DNA of 30,373 bases from a virus (taxonomy: Duplodnaviria > Caudoviricetes). Both the position numbers and the translations under genes were made by a program. Under the pieces are notes generated by a model. The model had not been told where the DNA came from, made no database searches, and saw nothing but the letters and a program-made list of their open reading frames with translations. Positions 10,132-19,083 of this stretch are shown here, one piece after another. Position 1 is the first letter of the stretch. The number at the start of each line of letters is the position of its first letter. The stretch lies in the IMG/VR virus record IMGVR_UViG_3300036940_000489, positions 1 to 30,373 of that record; one strand, written 5' to 3'.

Positions 10132-10640
10132 CTACCTGCTACTTTCCAGGCCAATCAAAAGCCACTCAAGAGCCTCTTCATAGGTTGCCTTTGATACCAT
10201 ATCCTTTCGGGTAATATCACCTTTCGCCAGCGCGTATATTATTTCTCTGATTGTTTCGATTGGGCTTTTCGAAAAAAGTCCTTCATCACCTTCATCTTCG
10301 CAATCATTGCGGAGCTGTATTCGAGTAGTATATTGCTCAACTCTTTCAGCAGTTCGCTGTTGCAGAAAAAAAAATCACTCACAATCTTTAGCACTTCCAT
10401 TCCGTCCAGTTTATTGACATTGATATTTTCACTGCCTGTGAGAATGATTTTAAAGAATGCATAAACCATATCGTTTTTATTTAAAAAACTGACAATAGAG
10501 AAGATTCCCCCCGCCATTGCTTTCTGAACGTCCTCTAAGGCCAACTGTTTCTCTTCCAGCAGTTCAAAAAATTGTAGCCATTGTTCCAGTGTCAGACTGG
10601 ACTGCTTGACTTCGTGGCCTTGAATTTTATAAGTCTTCAT
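10132..10640 (-). CDS. Tail assembly chaperone, -1 frameshifted long form (gpGT-like, ~169 aa)
   Basis: Slippery T9 run (GAT TTT TTT TTC) at 10366-10374; the -1 frame stays open to TAG at 10132 and encodes ...IYALAKGDITRKDMVSKATYEEALEWLL... Confidence 0.75.
10239..10640 (-). CDS. Tail assembly chaperone (lambda gpG-like, 133 aa)
   Basis: Upstream of tape measure; DFFF slippery motif. Confidence 0.8.
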   Translation of the reverse strand: MKTYKIQGHEVKQSSLTLEQWLQFFELLEEKQLALEDVQKAMAGGIFSIVSFLNKNDMVYAFFKIILTGSENINVNKLDGMEVLKIVSDFFFCNSELLKELSNILLEYSSAMIAKMKVMKDFFRKAQSKQSEK

Positions 10641-11053
10641 CAGTAGCCCTTTCTCATCAGATCAGCCAAAGCATTGGCTCGTTGGCCTACCTGTTTCGCC
10701 CATCGGCTATTTAACATTTCATCAGCCGCACCGTCGAAATCTTCTTGCTCAACCTTTGCAATCATATTGCGAAAGCCCCGCAAACCCTTTGCACCCAGGT
10801 TAAAAACCATCTCAATGAGGACTTCCTGCCTGATTTCAGACAACTCCCGGAAATTGCTAAATATCTTAGAGGCTTCTACTTCACACCGGTTTACATCAGT
10901 CAGCAGCATTCTCTCCGCCTCTTCTTCTGTGATTCCCACATCCTCCAGATTGCGCCCCACACCAATAGTCAGTTTCCCTGCAGTACAGCGATAGGGTTTC
11001 AGTCTTACTCCCTCATGGGCTTTGATTCGGTCAAAGATTCTTTCATAATTCAT
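10640..11053 (-). CDS. Endolysin, T4-type lysozyme (GH24)
   Basis: HEGVRLKPYRCTAGKLTIGVGRNL, MVFNLG, SRWAKQVGQRA motifs. Confidence 0.95.
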   Translation of the reverse strand: MNYERIFDRIKAHEGVRLKPYRCTAGKLTIGVGRNLEDVGITEEEAERMLLTDVNRCEVEASKIFSNFRELSEIRQEVLIEMVFNLGAKGLRGFRNMIAKVEQEDFDGAADEMLNSRWAKQVGQRANALADLMRKGY

Positions 11054-11083
11054 TTTTACCCCTACGGATTTCCTTACACATCT

Positions 11084-11113
11084 ATCCGTGTTTATCCGCG
11101 TTAATCTGTGGCT
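11084..11113. repeat. 10-bp periodic repeat (ATCCGTGTTT ATCCGCGTTA ATCTGTGGCT)
   Basis: Intergenic; same family at 22399, 23366 and 24844. Confidence 0.85.
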
Positions 11114-11122
11114 CTCTTTTGG

Positions 11123-11560
11123 TTATACTTCTGGTTCTTTTACAACAACATTCTTATTATCAGACCGCAAGCCGACTACAAATTTATTAGTCATTTTCAC
11201 GATCAGTGTGCTCAGTTTATCCAACAATACGGACAACAGGCGCAAAACGCCCTCAATAGAGATTATGAGAATAGGTTCGAGCAACTTTTCATAAATCCAG
11301 TTTACCACAGGTGTTTGATTGATCCACACCGTGAAGCCCACACCCCAGTTGTAAGCCACCAGGCCAGCGCCACTGATAAACTTATCCAGAGATGATTCCA
11401 TTCGTGCTTCAGCCTTATCCAGCCACCGGGTAAACCTCTCCGGAATTTTATATTTAGACAAAACCCAGTTAAACACGAGAAAAACAAGTCCGGACATACC
11501 CATCACCTGTACTTTTCCCAGCGCGTTATTACTGATAAAATTGACAATGCTACCAAACAT
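11123..11560 (-). CDS. Membrane protein in lysis cassette (holin/spanin-like accessory)
   Basis: 145 aa with hydrophobic segments, AAGGAG SD, between candidate holin and lysozyme. Confidence 0.6.
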   Translation of the reverse strand: MFGSIVNFISNNALGKVQVMGMSGLVFLVFNWVLSKYKIPERFTRWLDKAEARMESSLDKFISGAGLVAYNWGVGFTVWINQTPVVNWIYEKLLEPILIISIEGVLRLLSVLLDKLSTLIVKMTNKFVVGLRSDNKNVVVKEPEV

Positions 11561-11570
11561 GATAGTCTCC

Positions 11571-11741
11571 TTATTTTTTTCTTAATTTTTTTATCCACCA
11601 GATCATAGAGCAGACAGCCACCACAGTACTACAAAAAAGAGTAATACCCTGCAAAATCACAGCAGCGTGAAAAAACAGATAGTTGACAACACTTGCCAGC
11701 ACACCGGCAGCCGTTACACCCACTTCTTTTAGACGCTCCAT
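11571..11741 (-). CDS. Putative holin (56 aa; not in ORF track)
   Basis: MERLKEVGVTAAGVLASVVNYLFFHAAVILQGITLFCSTVVAVCSMIWWIKKLRKK: two hydrophobic segments, basic tail, AGGTGG SD, fills the gap between flanking genes. Confidence 0.75.
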   Translation of the reverse strand: MERLKEVGVTAAGVLASVVNYLFFHAAVILQGITLFCSTVVAVCSMIWWIKKLRKK

Positions 11742-11752
11742 AAAAAGACCAC

Positions 11753-12157
11753 CTACACAATTTCCGTCACACTATAGGGTCGCCCACCGCTATAATCCAC
11801 CTTCTCAAGACTGATTTTAGTCTTCAGCCCGTCCAGCGAAGTTGTGATAGTGTTAGGCGTATCCACCACCAGTTTCCTTCCTTTTGCCGTAAACGAAATT
11901 TCCACACTCGCCACGCCGCCATCTTCTATTTCATCTTCCCTGGCAGTATCCAGTTCTGATAGTGTGATGTCACAGGTCAGTTTTTTTGCATAGACATCCT
12001 TACTGCCATCTTCCAGGTCTTCCGATAGATTTTCAGTACTCAGCGATATAGCATCCTTTAGCCTGCCAGTTATAGGAGTAGTCAGCACAGATTCACCCGT
12101 GCTGTCGAGAAAATCCACACTAAAAGGCCCATTCATCACTTTTGTTTTATCTACCAT
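11753..12157 (-). CDS. Major tail tube protein (putative)
   Basis: 134 aa, acidic, beta-rich, GGAG SD, between capsid and chaperone/tape measure. Confidence 0.65.
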   Translation of the reverse strand: MVDKTKVMNGPFSVDFLDSTGESVLTTPITGRLKDAISLSTENLSEDLEDGSKDVYAKKLTCDITLSELDTAREDEIEDGGVASVEISFTAKGRKLVVDTPNTITTSLDGLKTKISLEKVDYSGGRPYSVTEIV

Positions 12158-12177
12158 AATTTTTTCTCCATTTTAAT

Positions 12178-12214
12178 GGTTGACGGCCACAAAAAATTGA
12201 TGACCGACAACCAA
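12178..12214 (-). terminator. Hairpin after capsid gene (attenuator or mRNA stabiliser)
   Basis: Minus-strand RNA UGGUUGUCGGUCAU / GUGGCCGUCAACCA pairs 13 of 14 with G-U pairs; no long U tail. Confidence 0.55.
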
Positions 12215-12218
12215 ATGT

Positions 12219-13115
12219 TTATAAATAAAGTCCGGCGATCCGGTTCACAGCATGTTTGCGGTACTTCACCGGAGTACCATACAGTTCGATCATACCCTCC
12301 TGCTTCACCATACTGCCGCGAATTTCCAGGTCAGTTACATCCACACCTACAGTAGTGTGATAGCACAGATCGTCCAGTTCGGCAAACTTGGATAGAAAAA
12401 GACTCGTACATTTTCCCGTAGCCGCGCCCTGGTCTTCGGTAAAAGTGATACCATTATTTCGAATGGCATACATAGGCCGTCCGGCATACTTCAGAATAGG
12501 AGCACCAAACTCATTCTTATCCCAGGTCAGTGCGTGCCGTTCCCGCGCCTTCTCCTGCATCCACGCCCACATTAGCGGAGCCATTGATAGCGCGTCAGGG
12601 TCTGTCTCGGCGATTCTCATATCCAAATGCCGAAAAAACCATTTCTCACCCTCACTGGTAGAGAGATCAACGCCATCAGTCTCGGCAAAAGTTTCATCTT
12701 CACCGGCCAGTACAGACAGTCCTTTGATTTTGCCATCGGCGCCTGTACCATTATGAACCAGAGCCTCCAGTTCTTTGGCAAACCGGCGGGCAACACCCAG
12801 CATTTTGCTCTGCATTAGCGCCGGAATATCATAATGCGTCTGCAATTCCAGTTTATCGATTGTCACCGGCAGCCCGTGCATTTTGATTGCCTCACTCTGC
12901 GGAGTTTTGTTCAGGCTCTCTTTTGTTCCATATTCATTGGCCTTTGTTCGCGCCTGCATACTCCCGCTTGGATCATCGGTCTCTTTGTATGCCACGGCCT
13001 CTGCAGAGGTACGAAAAAACTCCAACTCTGCCAAAAATGGTGATTCCCTCAGGATTTCATTGGCCACAGCAGATACATTATCGCCGCTTCCTACAGATAT
13101 TCTGTCAAGTTTCAT
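12219..13115 (-). CDS. Major capsid protein (HK97 fold, putative)
   Basis: 298 aa after protease/scaffold; ESPFLAELEF, HNGTG...IKGL, AVNRIAG motifs; AAGGAG SD. Confidence 0.85.
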   Translation of the reverse strand: MKLDRISVGSGDNVSAVANEILRESPFLAELEFFRTSAEAVAYKETDDPSGSMQARTKANEYGTKESLNKTPQSEAIKMHGLPVTIDKLELQTHYDIPALMQSKMLGVARRFAKELEALVHNGTGADGKIKGLSVLAGEDETFAETDGVDLSTSEGEKWFFRHLDMRIAETDPDALSMAPLMWAWMQEKARERHALTWDKNEFGAPILKYAGRPMYAIRNNGITFTEDQGAATGKCTSLFLSKFAELDDLCYHTTVGVDVTDLEIRGSMVKQEGMIELYGTPVKYRKHAVNRIAGLYL

Positions 13116-13127
13116 AGTAAAAACTCC

Positions 13128-13547
13128 TTACTTTTGATATTTATTCCGGTAATAATTCTGCAGTTTTTCTGCATTGCTCGCCGGAAGTTTATTGTTAGCC
13201 GGTTCTCCCACCGGTTGAGCCAGCGTGTTGGCCGGTATCTTATCCAGTCGCTCACAATTGCCGGCAAAATCATCATTGAGGGCCTTTGCCCATACAGGTT
13301 TTTCATCTTCAGTGATTTTGCCCTGTGCCACTGCACTATTCAGTTTTTCCTGGATTTTTGTCTCACGCTCAGCAGTTATTGACTTTTCCAGGTTTACGAT
13401 CCGTTTTTCCAGAGCCGTCTCAGCCTCAACCTTAGCCTCAGCCTCAGCCTCAGCCTCAGCCTTTAATTCCTTCACCCTGTTCAGGACTTCCTCCTCTGTA
13501 GCCGCTTCAGGCATATCCAGAAGGTTCCTCAGTTTTTCAATATCCAT
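13128..13547 (-). CDS. Nested in-frame scaffold protein (Mu gpZ-like, 139 aa)
   Basis: Internal ACAGGAGTAAAAAAG-ATG (MDIEKLRNLLDMPEAATEEEV) at the protease/scaffold boundary. Confidence 0.65.
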   Translation of the reverse strand: MDIEKLRNLLDMPEAATEEEVLNRVKELKAEAEAEAEAKVEAETALEKRIVNLEKSITAERETKIQEKLNSAVAQGKITEDEKPVWAKALNDDFAGNCERLDKIPANTLAQPVGEPANNKLPASNAEKLQNYYRNKYQK

Positions 13548-14126
13548 CTTTTTTACTCCTGTCTTCCCCAATCCTTCGTGAGGGATAAGGGGATGTTCTA
13601 TTTGGTTTAGAAATGCTGCATAATTCTTAGCCCTGTCCACCTGTTTAATTATCTCAGTGGCAAAGCCCTTTTCCACCGCCTGATCAGCGGTCATATAGGT
13701 TTCCACACTCATTAGGTCATTGATCTCATTATCACTCATACTTACATGAGATTGATAAGCCTTCACTATATTATCTTTGATCATCTTCATTTCTGACTGG
13801 ACTTTGGCAAAATAATCCTCATCCCCACCGGCAAAAGTCCAGGGATTATGGATCATCACCATAGCCGATTCATTGATATAGATATTATTGCCCGCCATAG
13901 CGATCACGCTTGCTATACTGGCAGCAATGCCATCGATATAAACATCCACATCATATGCCCTTAGCAGATTATAGATAGCCAGCCCGTCAAAAACATTTCC
14001 CCCGTTACTGCTTATATGCAGATCAAAAGAGGTTTTACCCTCATTTCGAAAACTCTCTACCCGCCCGGCTATTGAGCGAAGAAGGAAATCATCAACAAAG
14101 TCATAAAGAAACAGTTTAGGTCTCAT
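13128..14126 (-). CDS. ClpP-like (S14) prohead protease fused to scaffold domain
   Basis: ISSNGGNVFDG, DGIAASIAS, MIHNP motifs; charged coiled-coil C-terminus. Confidence 0.92.
   Translation of the reverse strand: MRPKLFLYDFVDDFLLRSIAGRVESFRNEGKTSFDLHISSNGGNVFDGLAIYNLLRAYDVDVYIDGIAASIASVIAMAGNNIYINESAMVMIHNPWTFAGGDEDYFAKVQSEMKMIKDNIVKAYQSHVSMSDNEINDLMSVETYMTADQAVEKGFATEIIKQVDRAKNYAAFLNQIEHPLIPHEGLGKTGVKKMDIEKLRNLLDMPEAATEEEVLNRVKELKAEAEAEAEAKVEAETALEKRIVNLEKSITAERETKIQEKLNSAVAQGKITEDEKPVWAKALNDDFAGNCERLDKIPANTLAQPVGEPANNKLPASNAEKLQNYYRNKYQK
13419..13460. repeat. Hexamer tandem repeat CT(C/T)A(G/A)C x7, in frame (AEAEAEAEAKVEAE)
   Basis: Direct reading; same family at 21717-21786. Confidence 0.85.
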
Positions 14127-14548
14127 GCGTTCACCTTTATTTTTATAGATACAATCCCGGCAGATACCAGGTTATCTTCTATTTTATCATCAAAAAGCCG
14201 CCCCGCTTTGATACTGTCATCCGGCCACCATTGCAAAAAATTCCCGGGCACTTCGGTATAATCACACAACCGGCCTATAACCCAGTCAAGCAGATCAAGG
14301 ATACTCTTTGCAAAATTATCGGTTGAAGCATAATTGGTATCAAAACAAATAAAATCCATTTCTACCCCGCTTTCCTCAGTATCGACGGTTACACTGTCCA
14401 AACTGACTAACACCGCAGGGGTCAGTGGCATATTCTCGGCAAGATTAGCCAACTCACCATTATAAGGTGTTATAATAGCGGGATAGCTATTCGTCACACC
14501 CGATTTGAGAAATTCAACCATCTCATTCTGAAGTCTTGCCAAAAACAC
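14123..14548 (-). CDS. Mu gp37-like head-tail completion protein
   Basis: 141 aa, PYNGEL...PAVLVS motif, directly after gp36-like gene. Confidence 0.6.
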   Translation of the reverse strand: MFLARLQNEMVEFLKSGVTNSYPAIITPYNGELANLAENMPLTPAVLVSLDSVTVDTEESGVEMDFICFDTNYASTDNFAKSILDLLDWVIGRLCDYTEVPGNFLQWWPDDSIKAGRLFDDKIEDNLVSAGIVSIKIKVNA

Positions 14549-14982
14549 TACCGGTATCCTCCAAACAATCTTGGTTTAGAATAAAAAGAACCCTTAAAAT
14601 CAGGTGATTCTTCATCAACTGTTTCAGACACCGCCCCAATGTCGATTTTTCCGCTGGCAACCTTATCTAAGTACTTGACATTGGATTCATAGAGAGACAC
14701 ATCACTTTCAGACACACTGCCGAACCGTTTCTTTTTCATCTGATACCAGGCGATTTCCATATTGAGTGACTTCAGTATTACAGGTACAGGCTCTGCCAGC
14801 GGCAGGGAAATTCGTTTACGCAGATAAGAATCTATTTCACTTTTACCGGCATCTATATATTTCTGCAATATATCAGTATTGACCGTTACGCCGGAGGCGT
14901 CCCCCGTAGCCTGGGCAATCTTCTTTTGTCCATACTCGTTTATCATATTTTGTGGCGTGCAATAGTCCAATTTTCTCTCCAT
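14548..14982 (-). CDS. Mu gp36-like (DUF1320) head-tail adaptor
   Basis: YCT...EIDSYLRKR..LPL..VP..L......IAWY...Y....KYLDKVASGKIDIG signature. Confidence 0.88.
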   Translation of the reverse strand: MERKLDYCTPQNMINEYGQKKIAQATGDASGVTVNTDILQKYIDAGKSEIDSYLRKRISLPLAEPVPVILKSLNMEIAWYQMKKKRFGSVSESDVSLYESNVKYLDKVASGKIDIGAVSETVDEESPDFKGSFYSKPRLFGGYR

Positions 14983-15146
14983 GATATTGGCCGGCCACCG
15001 ACAAACGATAACCGGCCCAAGAGGTTCTTAATGTCAAATCAAGAGAAAACTAAACCAAAATAATCCATCCTCCAGGACATATACGGATATATCCTTTTTG
15101 TGAAAAAAAATATTTTTATACTACCATAGAAACCAAAGGATTTACT
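14983..15146. promoter_or_regulatory. Divergent late promoter region
   Basis: 164-bp gap between divergent structural operons; tandem GGACATATAC/GGATATATCC at 15075-15094; leader hairpin at 14989-15017. Confidence 0.6.
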
Positions 15147-15611
15147 ATGAAGGACATAAAAGACAAAAAAGAACTGGCCCGCTATCTCTATTTCAGCCGG
15201 AGACTCGACAACACCACCATCATCACCACCACAGGCGTTACAAAAACATCCCTGTACCGGTGGATAAAGGAGGAAAACTGGGACAAACTACGCCAGGCAA
15301 ACACTGTTAGTCCCATGGACACGGCCAACAAACTAAGAGAACATATTGTCTGGATAGAACAAAACGCTCGAGAACTCAACCGGCCGCTTAATGGAAAAGA
15401 GATAGACGGCATTATAAAACTGCAAAACATTATCGAGAGAGTATCAAAAAAGAGCGCCTATATTGATCATGCCTTTACAGTAATGACAGAGTTTGTTATT
15501 CATCTGAAGTCAGCAAAACCTGACCTCTTTGACCAGCTATCAAACACAATCAGTATCTTTATGGAAAACCTGACCAGAAATTTCCAAAAGGATATAAACG
15601 CCGATGAATGA
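15147..15611 (+). CDS. Terminase small subunit-like HTH protein
   Basis: KKELARYLYF...GVTKTSLYRWIKEENWD HTH; upstream of TerL; AAGGA SD. Confidence 0.78.
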   Translation: MKDIKDKKELARYLYFSRRLDNTTIITTTGVTKTSLYRWIKEENWDKLRQANTVSPMDTANKLREHIVWIEQNARELNRPLNGKEIDGIIKLQNIIERVSKKSAYIDHAFTVMTEFVIHLKSAKPDLFDQLSNTISIFMENLTRNFQKDINADE

Positions 15612-15717
15612 CAGGAATCCTTGCAAAGTACTTGCGAAGCCTTGCATTTTAATTATCTTGCAAAACAAAGGGGAATAGTTGGGTCAGACATTATAGCCGC
15701 TTAAAAAGGATATTAGC

Positions 15718-17268
15718 ATGAATACCAAAATACATAAAAAACTGGAAGAATTTCAGGAATTTCTATCCAAAGAGACCACTCCCTTTTCATTAGACGGGCC
15801 AACTCTGGAAGACAGAAACACTCTGGGCCGGCAGGATGTATTTAAGTTTGGTACACTTTATACACCCCACTACTTCACACTGCCGCCGGCACAATTTCAC
15901 CAGGAACTGTTTACCATGACCGAGCACAGAAAAAAGCACCTGTTTGTAGTTACAGGGCCGCGGGAATTCGGCAAATCTATTCTTCTCAGAGTGGCAAAAC
16001 TCCGCATGGTACTCTATGGATTACGGCACTATATATTCAAAATCTCCGAAACCCTGACCCTTGCCAGGAACGACATAGACTTCCTGGTTAGCGAACTCTT
16101 GTTCAACTCACGAATAAAAGGTGACTTCAAAATAAAAATACTAAAAAATGATGATGACGAAACCCGCCTCCGGATCACAAATAAATTCACCGGCCGGTCG
16201 CACTTCGTAAAGTTGGAACCCAAATCCTACGGTACTCCCGTAGTAGGCTCTATCTTCATGCAATACCGTCCTGATTATGCAGAAATAGATGACTTCGAAA
16301 ACACAAAAACCGCCAGAAACCAGAAAATAGGTGAAAAAAAGGTTGACTGGGTAATTGAAGAATTATATCTCGCCGTCAGCAAAGCCGCCCCTATTGTATG
16401 GGTGGGAAACAACCACGCCAAAACATCAGCCATCAATCAGGCTATCGAAAATGAATGTAAAAAAATTCCCTATGGAAGTTTTCTCCAGTTTGACAAGCGG
16501 TCAAAAACAGCCCACAAATATTCCGCTATCCAAAAAACAAAAAACAAACGTTACTCACTATGGCCCGAGAAAATGACCGTCGCGGAACTGGATCAAGTGA
16601 AAAAAGATATAGGTTCACGTAGGTTTGCAGCACAGATGCAACAACAGCCCATAGAAGAAGGTAAATTCTTCAAACCGGAAGACGTCCATCGCTACGACAA
16701 ACTACCGGACAATTTAGAGTGGATAGCCACCATAGACCAGTCCCTGGGAAAAGCAAAAACATCAGATTACAAAGCCATCATAATCATGGCCGCCGATACC
16801 CGCTATTTTTATGTAGTGAACGCATTCCTGAGACAGACCACACTCAGGGCAATGGTGGACGGCGCCTATTACTTTTATGATATGTATGCAAAAAAAGGCC
16901 TTAGAGTATTCAAAATAGAAAACAACTTTGGCCAATATACAGAAATCAGCAAAAGAGACTTTGACGAAGGGGCAAAAAGACACAAATTTCACCTGCCAAT
17001 TTCGCCATTTCTAAACACCATTAACAAAGAAATTAGAATAGAGGGATTGCAACCCCTTTTTGAAAACGGACGCATACTCTTTCCGGAGCGGCTAAACAAA
17101 GACCTACAGGAACTATATGACCAACTACTCGGCTATCCCGACGCGCCCCATGATGACGGCCCCGACGCTATGGAAGCAGCCCAGATATTCCTCCAAAAAA
17201 GAATTCGCCAGCGCGGAGCAAAAAACTACATATCACTCAAAAAAAGAAGGTACAAAACCAGGAGATAA
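15718..17268 (+). CDS. terL: Terminase large subunit
   Basis: Walker A-like GPREFGKS, Walker B RPDYAEIDDFE, nuclease motifs ATIDQS...SDY and HDDGPDA. Confidence 0.93.
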   Translation: MNTKIHKKLEEFQEFLSKETTPFSLDGPTLEDRNTLGRQDVFKFGTLYTPHYFTLPPAQFHQELFTMTEHRKKHLFVVTGPREFGKSILLRVAKLRMVLYGLRHYIFKISETLTLARNDIDFLVSELLFNSRIKGDFKIKILKNDDDETRLRITNKFTGRSHFVKLEPKSYGTPVVGSIFMQYRPDYAEIDDFENTKTARNQKIGEKKVDWVIEELYLAVSKAAPIVWVGNNHAKTSAINQAIENECKKIPYGSFLQFDKRSKTAHKYSAIQKTKNKRYSLWPEKMTVAELDQVKKDIGSRRFAAQMQQQPIEEGKFFKPEDVHRYDKLPDNLEWIATIDQSLGKAKTSDYKAIIIMAADTRYFYVVNAFLRQTTLRAMVDGAYYFYDMYAKKGLRVFKIENNFGQYTEISKRDFDEGAKRHKFHLPISPFLNTINKEIRIEGLQPLFENGRILFPERLNKDLQELYDQLLGYPDAPHDDGPDAMEAAQIFLQKRIRQRGAKNYISLKKRRYKTRR

Positions 17269-17272
17269 AAAA

Positions 17273-18514
17273 ATGAAAAACCCCTTTAAAAAACTTATCA
17301 AAAAAAACGCCAGCAGAGCCATAACTATACCGAGAAAAAAATCATCACCCTACTTTTCTGTAGTCAGCCCCGATGAGTTCCGGTCCGCATTCAACGCCGC
17401 TGCACATGGACGCCCGGAAAAACTTTATGGAATCATGGATTTTTTCCTAAAAGTGGACGGCCACCTTGCAGGAGTACTTCAGAGCCGGATCGCTGCTGTA
17501 TTAAATAGTGGCGGAAACATTGTCACTGATGACAAAAAAAAGAAAGCCATTATAAGGAAAATGTTTGAAAACTTTGGTCTTCACGACATGATGAAAGAAC
17601 TTCTTGAAGCCCCTTATTTCGGACTGCGGGCCATCGATATTATATGGGGAGATATGCAGATTGATAAAAAAAACTACTTCGCGCCAATAGAATGGAACAT
17701 TGTTCCACACCAGTATATCGAATCAAAAAAAATAAACCACAATGACACCCATACAACCCTACATATCTTTGACCGCCCTGTTCAGGACTACCAGACCGGC
17801 AAACTATTGATTTCCATTCACGGGCATATATCCCGGTATGATGACATAGATTTTACCACCCTGGGAAAAGGCCTGGGAGCCCTTCGGTATTCCATATATA
17901 AATTTTATGATGTGGAGGACTGGGCCGCTTTCAACGAAGTCTATGCCATGCCTCTCAGACTGGGAAAATATTCCCAAAACGCCGGAAAAGAAGAAATTGC
18001 CACACTCACAAGCGCGGTAAAAGAAATGGGAACCGACGCCTCCGCCATTATTTCCGAAGAGACCGATATAACCTTTCCGGAAGTCAACCGCGCAAACTCC
18101 ACGGATTCCTATGAACGGTTTGAGCGGGCCTGTGACCAGAGCATATCTACCGCCCTGCTTTCAGAATCCAGGACAACAAACGATGGCAAAAATGGCACCT
18201 ATGGCAGTATGAAGACAGCCAATGGTATCAGGGTGGACGTAGCTGCTGGCGATGCAAAAAAAGCCACCAAATTAATTAACACACAGCTTATGACACCCTT
18301 TTTGAGACACAACTTTTCCGGAAACACCGAGGCCAGTATATCCTTCCCTGTCAAGCCCCATATTAGCCCGGAGCAACTCGCCGCCATATATTCCAATATC
18401 TATAACATGGGACTGGATATGTCAAAAAAAGACCTGTACGAAAAATTTGACCTGGCAATGCCGGAAGATGAAGAAGATACCCTCTCCGGCGGCACGGGAC
18501 TATTAGGACTATAA
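17273..18514 (+). CDS. Portal protein (Mu gp29/DUF935-like)
   Basis: DGHLAGVLQSR, DWAAFNEVYAMPLRLGKY motifs; start moved to ATG 17273 (AGGAG SD) from the track's 17117. Confidence 0.9.
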   Translation: MKNPFKKLIKKNASRAITIPRKKSSPYFSVVSPDEFRSAFNAAAHGRPEKLYGIMDFFLKVDGHLAGVLQSRIAAVLNSGGNIVTDDKKKKAIIRKMFENFGLHDMMKELLEAPYFGLRAIDIIWGDMQIDKKNYFAPIEWNIVPHQYIESKKINHNDTHTTLHIFDRPVQDYQTGKLLISIHGHISRYDDIDFTTLGKGLGALRYSIYKFYDVEDWAAFNEVYAMPLRLGKYSQNAGKEEIATLTSAVKEMGTDASAIISEETDITFPEVNRANSTDSYERFERACDQSISTALLSESRTTNDGKNGTYGSMKTANGIRVDVAAGDAKKATKLINTQLMTPFLRHNFSGNTEASISFPVKPHISPEQLAAIYSNIYNMGLDMSKKDLYEKFDLAMPEDEEDTLSGGTGLLGL

Positions 18515-18571
18515 ACAAAAAAAACTTTCGAGGTCTTGGAGGCCTGTTTAACCTATTCAACCAGGAATAAA

Positions 18572-19045
18572 ATGGAACTAAAAATTAACAACGATCAAGT
18601 CAGCCAGTATTTAGAAAACAATCTGGAAAACCTGCTTACAACCGAAGATATATCCGATTTAGCCGCCTATATTGAGCATGCAGTAAAGATGAGAACCTCT
18701 AAGGGGAAATATTTAAACAAAGGTGCGAAAACATCCTACACCCGCCAATACGCCGCCTGGAAACGACAAAAAGGACACCCAAATACAGGCAGAGTAAACC
18801 TCTTTCTTTCCGGAAAAATGCTGGACGCTATGACAACTACAGTCACTCACAAAAAAGGAAAATCAATCATCACAGTGGGTTATATAGAAGGTAAATCCGA
18901 TGAAAAAAAAAGAACCCTGGCCTCCTATCACCAGTACAAGGGCGTAGCCAAAGCCGGAAAAAATATCCGAAAATTCATTGGCCTCACTGCCAGCGAACGC
19001 AAAAAAGCCAGAGAAATAATAGCCCTCAAAATCAGCCAAAAATAA
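18572..19045 (+). CDS. Virion morphogenesis protein (Mu gpG-like neck/tail completion)
   Basis: Basic; L..SGKML, A.YHQ..G, RKFIGL motifs; start at ATG 18572 with AGGA SD. Confidence 0.75.
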   Translation: MELKINNDQVSQYLENNLENLLTTEDISDLAAYIEHAVKMRTSKGKYLNKGAKTSYTRQYAAWKRQKGHPNTGRVNLFLSGKMLDAMTTTVTHKKGKSIITVGYIEGKSDEKKRTLASYHQYKGVAKAGKNIRKFIGLTASERKKAREIIALKISQK

Positions 19046-19048
19046 AAA

Positions 19049-19083
19049 TCCCCTCCTTATTAGGGAGGGGACAAAGGGGAGGT
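19049..19083 (+). terminator. GC-rich hairpin between convergent operons (REP-like)
   Basis: TCCCCTCCTT-ATT-AGGGAGGGGA followed by CAAAGGGGAGG, 3 nt after the gpG-like stop. Confidence 0.6.

Noticed and set aside
15604-15717. N-terminal TerL extension through two in-frame TAG codons (stop-codon recoding)
   Set aside because: TAG ends other genes here (11753, 14548, 19538, 24178), and ATG 15718 has its own SD.
17117-17272. 52-aa N-terminal extension of portal in the ORF track
   Set aside because: It overlaps the conserved TerL C-terminus; ATG 17273 has an AGGAG SD.
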